A stretch of 63,993 bases of DNA, counting the filler, from Fonticula-like sp. SCN 57-25 (Eukaryota), in assembly GCA_001724245.1 (NCBI GenBank). It is 3 parts of 3 records of this genome, joined end to end, with 100 filler letters (N's around TTAATTAATTAA, not from the genome) between each part and the next. Parts side by side here need not be neighbours in the genome. Positions count along the whole stretch, not along the records: positions 54,022 to 63,993 come from MEDX01000240.1; 2 more parts are not named here. One strand, written 5' to 3'. The notes under the pieces are model-generated. The model searched no databases. It saw only the letters and a list, made by a program, of their open reading frames with translations, and was not told the DNA's origin. The position numbers were made by a program, and so were the translations under genes. Every line of letters starts with the position of its first letter. Position 1 is the stretch's first letter. Below are positions 59,100-63,993 of the stretch, piece after piece.

Positions 59100-61006
59100 T
59101 CACGTTGCATAGTGGAACCTATCCGGCAGCGGCGCATTCAAGTCAATGTGCTCTGTCTTGTCGGTGCCCCTTTCCCTGTCGCGATCCCTGTCGCGATCTC
59201 TGTCGCGGTCCCTGTCGCGGTCCCTATCGCGCTGCTCGTCCCGCCAGTCCGGCCGCCGCGGTCTCACATCGCGGATATCCCTCGGATCTCTTCTATCAAA
59301 CTTTGGCGCGGCCGACAGCCTTCCCTCGAGCGACGATCTGCGCGGCGGCATGGCGGCCCTGCTCAGCCGCGTGTCAATTAGCCGCTGCGGCGCCGACGAC
59401 GAGGCGGGCGACGAAAGGCGGTCATCGGAGCCCGCGCGCTCGCCGCCAACGGCCGAAAGGCGGTCTTCGAGGTGGTGCGGCAGTGTCGTCGGAGGCGACC
59501 CGGACGACGGCCCGGACGGACCCGACGAGCCAAGCGACTGGTAGTACTTTGCAGCAGCGGCCGCGGCGGAAGACGTCGTCGCATAAGACGGGCCAGCGCT
59601 GCTGCTCTGCTGCTGTTGCTGCTGGGGCGGGGTCAGCCGCGAGCTCGACGGCGTGGCCGCACCATGGCCCGAAGACGCCGCTGTCTCGTTCGACGCCGCG
59701 CTCGGCTCCTCCTTGATGGGCCGCCTGGGGTCGCGGAAGCCCGCCGATTCCGCCCCTGACTTTGTCCCCGAGCGCGCCTCGTCGAGGTCGCGCACGAGGG
59801 CTTGTCGCGCGGCGCGCTCCTGCAGCAGCTCCTTTGTGACCTTGGCGACGGCGGCTTCCTTGGCGACGCGCTCCTCGGCGAGTTCCTTTGTGGCGGCGAG
59901 CACGGCGGCTTCCTTGGCGAGCCGCGCCTCGCTCAGCTCCTTCAGCAGGCGATTTACTTCGGCTTCCTTGGCGGCGCGCAGGTTGGACATTTCCTTGGCG
60001 TGCTCCGCCGCGGCGAGCGCAGTCGCGAGCTGCTGCTCTACAAGCTTCTTGGACATTTCGGCGCTCTCCTTGGCGGCGACGGCGGAAGAGACAGTGTGGC
60101 GCGCGCGCTCAGAGTCGAGCTGCTTTTGGAGCTCGGCAAGCTGTTCGTTGCGGGTTTTCGTGTTCTGAGCGGCTTCGGCTTCCTTGGCCCAGCGGAACTG
60201 CTGGAATTCGCTGCGAACGTGTAAAAGTTCTTGTTCAAGCGCGCTCGAGGGCTGGGAACTGCCGGCGGTCGACGACGAGGGCGCCTCTTTCAGCTTCTTC
60301 TCAGAGGCTTCAAGCTTGGATTTCAGGTCGGCGATCTCGGTGCGCGCGGCGGCGAGGGCGTCAGAATCGGCGGGCGATGGCTTTGTCTCGGTCGCCTTGG
60401 CCTCTGCTTCTTTTAACAGGCGCTGCATGTGCGCTATGTGGTGCCGCGCGGATTGAAGATGCTGCTCATCGGCGGAACGCAGCTCTTTAAACTTTTGCGA
60501 AACAGTCGAAAGCTCGGCCAGGGACGCCTGAAGAGCGGCCTCTTTCGCTGTAAAGCGCATTAGTATACAACAAAAAAGAGAAACATACGCGTACATTCAA
60601 GTATCCTCTTGTGATCCTGCGCGGCGCGCCGGAGCAGGCCCACCTGGCGCTCGAGCTCGGCAGCGCGATCCGCATCGAGCCGCCGCTTCAATTCCTCGTT
60701 ATCTCGAGCAAGTTCCTTTACCTTTTGGCTGTCGGCCGTCTCGACCTTGCCACTGCTTCCCTGCTTATCAACTCGCCCGAGAAGCGACTTGATCTCGTCG
60801 TCCTGCGCCTCGACCCGCGCTTTTAGCGATCGCAGGGCGTAGTGCACTGGAGGATCGACCAAGAACGTCCCGGGGGGCAGCCGATCAGGTAGCGATCGGA
60901 TCCGCAAATTCTCCTCTTCATCCTTGAGGTACTGCGCGCGCTGCGCGTCGCCCACAAGGCGGAGCAAAAGGGCCTGCTCCCGTGCCTTGGACGGGGCATC
61001 GGCCAT
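59100..61006 (-). CDS. WTAP/Mum2/FIP37-like protein with extended coiled coil and C-terminal RD-dipeptide tract (1 intron)
   Basis: REQALLLRL...FLVDPPVH...ELARDNEELKRRL..DRAAELERQVGL matches WTAP RE..L..RL / VDP / ENQEL / RIAQLE spacing from memory. Confidence 0.7.
59173..59231 (-). repeat. Coding 12-bp/6-bp repeat encoding (RD)n
   Basis: tccctgtcgcga-like units; translation RDRDRDRDRDRDRDRDRE. Confidence 0.8.
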
Positions 61007-61336
61007 CGCGACGGCCGATGCGTGCTTTTGGCGCTTGTCACGATCAACTGCTGACCGACCGAAACCGACCGAAACCGATATCAATGGCGGCATTTTTCCC
61101 GCCGCGAGTATGCGCGCGTGCATGCACAGAGTTCTTTTGTAAAGTATACAATAGTAATAGTGTCTGGCTCTATTAGCTGGCCTTTAGTAGGTGGAGTGGC
61201 CTTTTTTTTTCTGTTTTACACTATGGGCACAGGCTTGTTGCGTGCAGCGCAGTGTTCTGATTGTGTCTGATTTTTTCTGATTTTTCTGATCCGTGTTTGT
61301 CAGCGTTTCCCCTCGGACCTCCAGCGCACCTCCGCG

Positions 61337-62357
61337 ATGGCGACGGTCGGTACGCCTCGATGCCTTTCCCTTGTTTCTGCCTCTCACAGCGCTTCTTTGA
61401 TAGACCCGGTGCTTCAGGAGCGCCTTAAAAAGGTCAAGCACATTGTGCTTGTATTGTCCGGCAAGGGCGGCGTCGGCAAGAGCTCGGTCTCGACGCTCCT
61501 TGCGCTCGCCCTCTCCACGCGCGGCAACAAGGTGCGCTGCCTGTTTCCCGGTCACGCGACTGACGCGTGTTGCATGGCAGGTCGGTCTTCTTGACGTGGA
61601 CCTGTGCGGCCCGAGCATCCCGACGATGGTCGGCCTCCGCGACCGCCGCGTTCACCAGAGCTCTGAAGGGTGCGCGCTGCTCTGATCCCATGGCGATTCT
61701 AAATGTTTTGTGTAGGTGGGTGCCCGTGTACGCCGACGAGAGCCAGCGCCTTGCCGTCATGTCCATTGGCTTTCTGCTGAGCCGCGCGGACGAGTCTGTC
61801 GTGTGGCGCGGCCCCAAGAAGACTGGTACAGGTTTTTTCTTCCTTTCCAATGATGCTCACGCCGGATGCCGCGCACAGCCATGATCAAGCAGTTCCTTTC
61901 GGACGTTAGCTGGGGCGAGCTTGACTATCTCATTGTGGACACTCCGCCCGGCACGTCGGACGAGCACATTGCGCTGGCCGAGTACTTCCAGGGCCTCAAC
62001 CCCGACGGCGCCGTCGTCGTGACCACCCCGCAGGGCGTCGCGCTCGCCGACGTCCGCAAGGAGCTCAAGTTTTGCGAAATGGTCGGCATCCGCGTGCTCG
62101 GCATTGTCGAAAACATGAGCGGGTTTGCGTGCCCGCACTGCGCCGAGTGCACAAACATCTTTTCGTCGGGCGGCGGCGAGGCGCTCGCGTCCGAGTTTAA
62201 AGTTCCGTTCCTCGGGCGCGTCCCGATCGACCCAAAGCTCACGTCGTGCTTTGACACGGGAAAAAACTTTTTGCAGGCGTTCCCAGAGTCGGGAACAAAG
62301 GGCGCGTTCGAGACCGTCGCGGCCAACGTCATCCAGCAGTGCACGCATGAAAAGTAG
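61337..62357 (+). CDS. NUBP2: Cytosolic Fe-S cluster assembly factor NUBP2/Cfd1 (4 introns)
   Basis: [53 protein letters not shown]. No N-terminal Cys cluster, so Cfd1 rather than Nbp35. Confidence 0.95.
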
Positions 62358-62553
62358 AATGGCATGCGGCATGCGAGCATCAATGCGGCATGAAAAACAT
62401 TAAGCTGCGTCTCTGCTCGTTCGGCGCACTGTTTCCCTTTTGCCACGCGCCATTTTCTGTAATTTAGGTGTAACATCCCCCTTCGCATGTCCAATAGACA
62501 CTTTCAGTGAACATTCCTTGTCACCCACACATCCACGTGGCCCATCGTTGATC

Positions 62554-63439
62554 ATGGCGTCCAAGTTTGGCGGCGCGCCCAAGTGCCCGCGGTGCGCGGC
62601 GGCTCTTCTTGGTTCCTTTTCGCCGCTGACACCTATATAGCTGCACGCAGAGCGTCTACGCTGCCGAAGAGGTTCTCGGCCCCAACAGTTCGTATCATGG
62701 TTCTCATGTGAGCATGACTAAACTGACGTGGCCGCGTAGACACCAAGTATCACCGCCGCTGCTTTGTGTGCTCGGCGTGCAACAAGAGCATTGACTCGAC
62801 GACGCAGACGGAGCGCGAGGGCCAGCTGTACTGCAAGGCGTGCTACGGCAAGAACTTTGGCCCCAAGGGTGCGAAGATCTTTTCTTTCTTGATCGTGTGC
62901 CTGACGATGGGCATCGACTAGGTTTCGGTTTCGGCCTGGGCGCTGGCGTGCTGACCGAGACGAACGCGCAGGCGCCGTCGGCTTCTGCGGCCGCGCAGCC
63001 GGTCGCCGAGCCGGTCGCCGAGTCCAACACGACGCCGTCGGCCTACGCCGCATCGCGTCCGGCCCCCGCCGCATCCAAGTTTGGCCCGTCCGCCTCCGAC
63101 AAGTGCCCGCGATGCAGCAAGACCGTCTACTTTGCCGAAAAGGTACGTTTTTTGAGTCTTTCTTGTACTATTTGGCGAGTATGGCAGCGTCTGACACTGC
63201 GACAATAGGTGCTTGGCGCCGGCGCATCGTGGCACAAGATGTGCTTCACGTGCTCGGACTGCAAAAAGATGCTGGACTCTAGCACGATGGCGGAGAAGGA
63301 AGGCCAGATCTACTGCAAGAGCTGCCACGGCAAGCGCTTCGGCCCCAAGGTACATTGCGCTCGTGATCCTTCTGTGACACTGATGCTGTTGCTTTAGGGC
63401 TTTGGATTCGGTCTCGGCGGCATGGAGACGGGCAAGTAA
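62554..63439 (+). CDS. Cysteine- and glycine-rich two-LIM protein (CSRP/CRP/MLP-like), 5 introns
   Basis: [37 protein letters not shown], second [17 protein letters not shown]...[18 protein letters not shown]. Confidence 0.93.
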
Positions 63440-63649
63440 AACGCAAAAACGCTTATGTTTCCTCACACATTACCATACAATTCAATTCAAAATACACACT
63501 TTCCACTCCCATTTTCCCTTTCTTTCTTTCAAATATGCTTCAAATTCGCGCCTGTTTCATCCTGTCTTACCTTACTTTTGACCAAACTTTAGTCCACTCT
63601 AAAATCTGCCCCAGATTCACAGGTGGCTTGGCACCACGCAACACCGGCG

Positions 63650-63993
63650 ATGCTCAGTCGGAGCCGCGCGCTGCGGCTAGCGAGTGCGCCTCTGCGCGCC
63701 CCACACCCGAAAGGGTCGCCGTCCTTTTTCACCTGGAAGGCGCCAGACAATTTAGCGGCGCCGAGCCCCGCGCAGCTGTCCGCCTATGATGCGGTGGTCG
63801 ATCGGCTGGTCGCTTCCGGCCCGTCGGGGCCCTCGGGCGAATGGGTTGCCGCCATCGAGGAAGGCGTGCGGCTGCGCTCGGTGAAGGGGCTTGAGCGCCT
63901 GCTTGCTGCGCGCGCCGACACCGCTTCAAGAGAGCTTTTGGTGCCGATGATGCAGCGCGCGCTGGGCGCCAACAAGGACGATACACTTCGTGT
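63650..63993 (+). CDS. 5' part of an unidentified protein with a mitochondrial presequence-like N-terminus; runs off the window
   Basis: MLSRSRALRLASAPLRAPHPKG...; the frame stays open to the window end. Confidence 0.5.
   Translation, partial: MLSRSRALRLASAPLRAPHPKGSPSFFTWKAPDNLAAPSPAQLSAYDAVVDRLVASGPSGPSGEWVAAIEEGVRLRSVKGLERLLAARADTASRELLVPMMQRALGANKDDTLR

Noticed and set aside
1-63993. tRNA, rRNA, snRNA genes, transposable elements or a non-standard genetic code
   Set aside because: None recognised by eye. TAA, TAG and TGA all end conserved genes, and apparent in-frame stops fall within introns. Small ncRNAs cannot be excluded without an Infernal/tRNAscan search.

Overview
This is a gene-dense, GC-rich eukaryotic nuclear sequence, not prokaryotic. 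It holds about 34 protein-coding genes broken by short introns (mostly 45-70 nt) with an unusual GTRCG 5' splice-site consensus. The gene set (WASH subunit, classical tyrosine phosphatase, DDX59, WTAP, CSRP-type LIM protein, Sgf73/ataxin-7, Rrg8-like protein) suggests a unicellular opisthokont or related protist; this is inference. Two identical 100-nt artificial linkers (N44-TTAATTAATTAA-N44) split the window into three joined contigs. Most genes are housekeeping. The items most worth follow-up are: (1) a Ras-subfamily GTPase with no CAAX box, fused in frame to a prokaryote-type DUF4870/Tic20-like membrane domain; (2) DDX59 and KTI12 head-to-head with overlapping start codons inside the palindrome CGGCATGCCG; (3) a U12-type AT-AC intron in that same KTI12 gene; (4) an intronless orphan membrane protein resembling PHTF / gustatory-receptor-like 7TM ion channels; (5) a protein that appears to bridge bacterial YlxR/RnpM and fungal Rrg8; (6) a mitochondrial J-domain+PPR fusion; (7) a bacterial-type ethanolamine permease carrying introns; (8) a GH30 glucosylceramidase lacking its nucleophile segment; (9) a recurrent TGCAAACTG promoter element. 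All gene models were spliced by eye and all homology calls come from remembered motifs; no searches were run.
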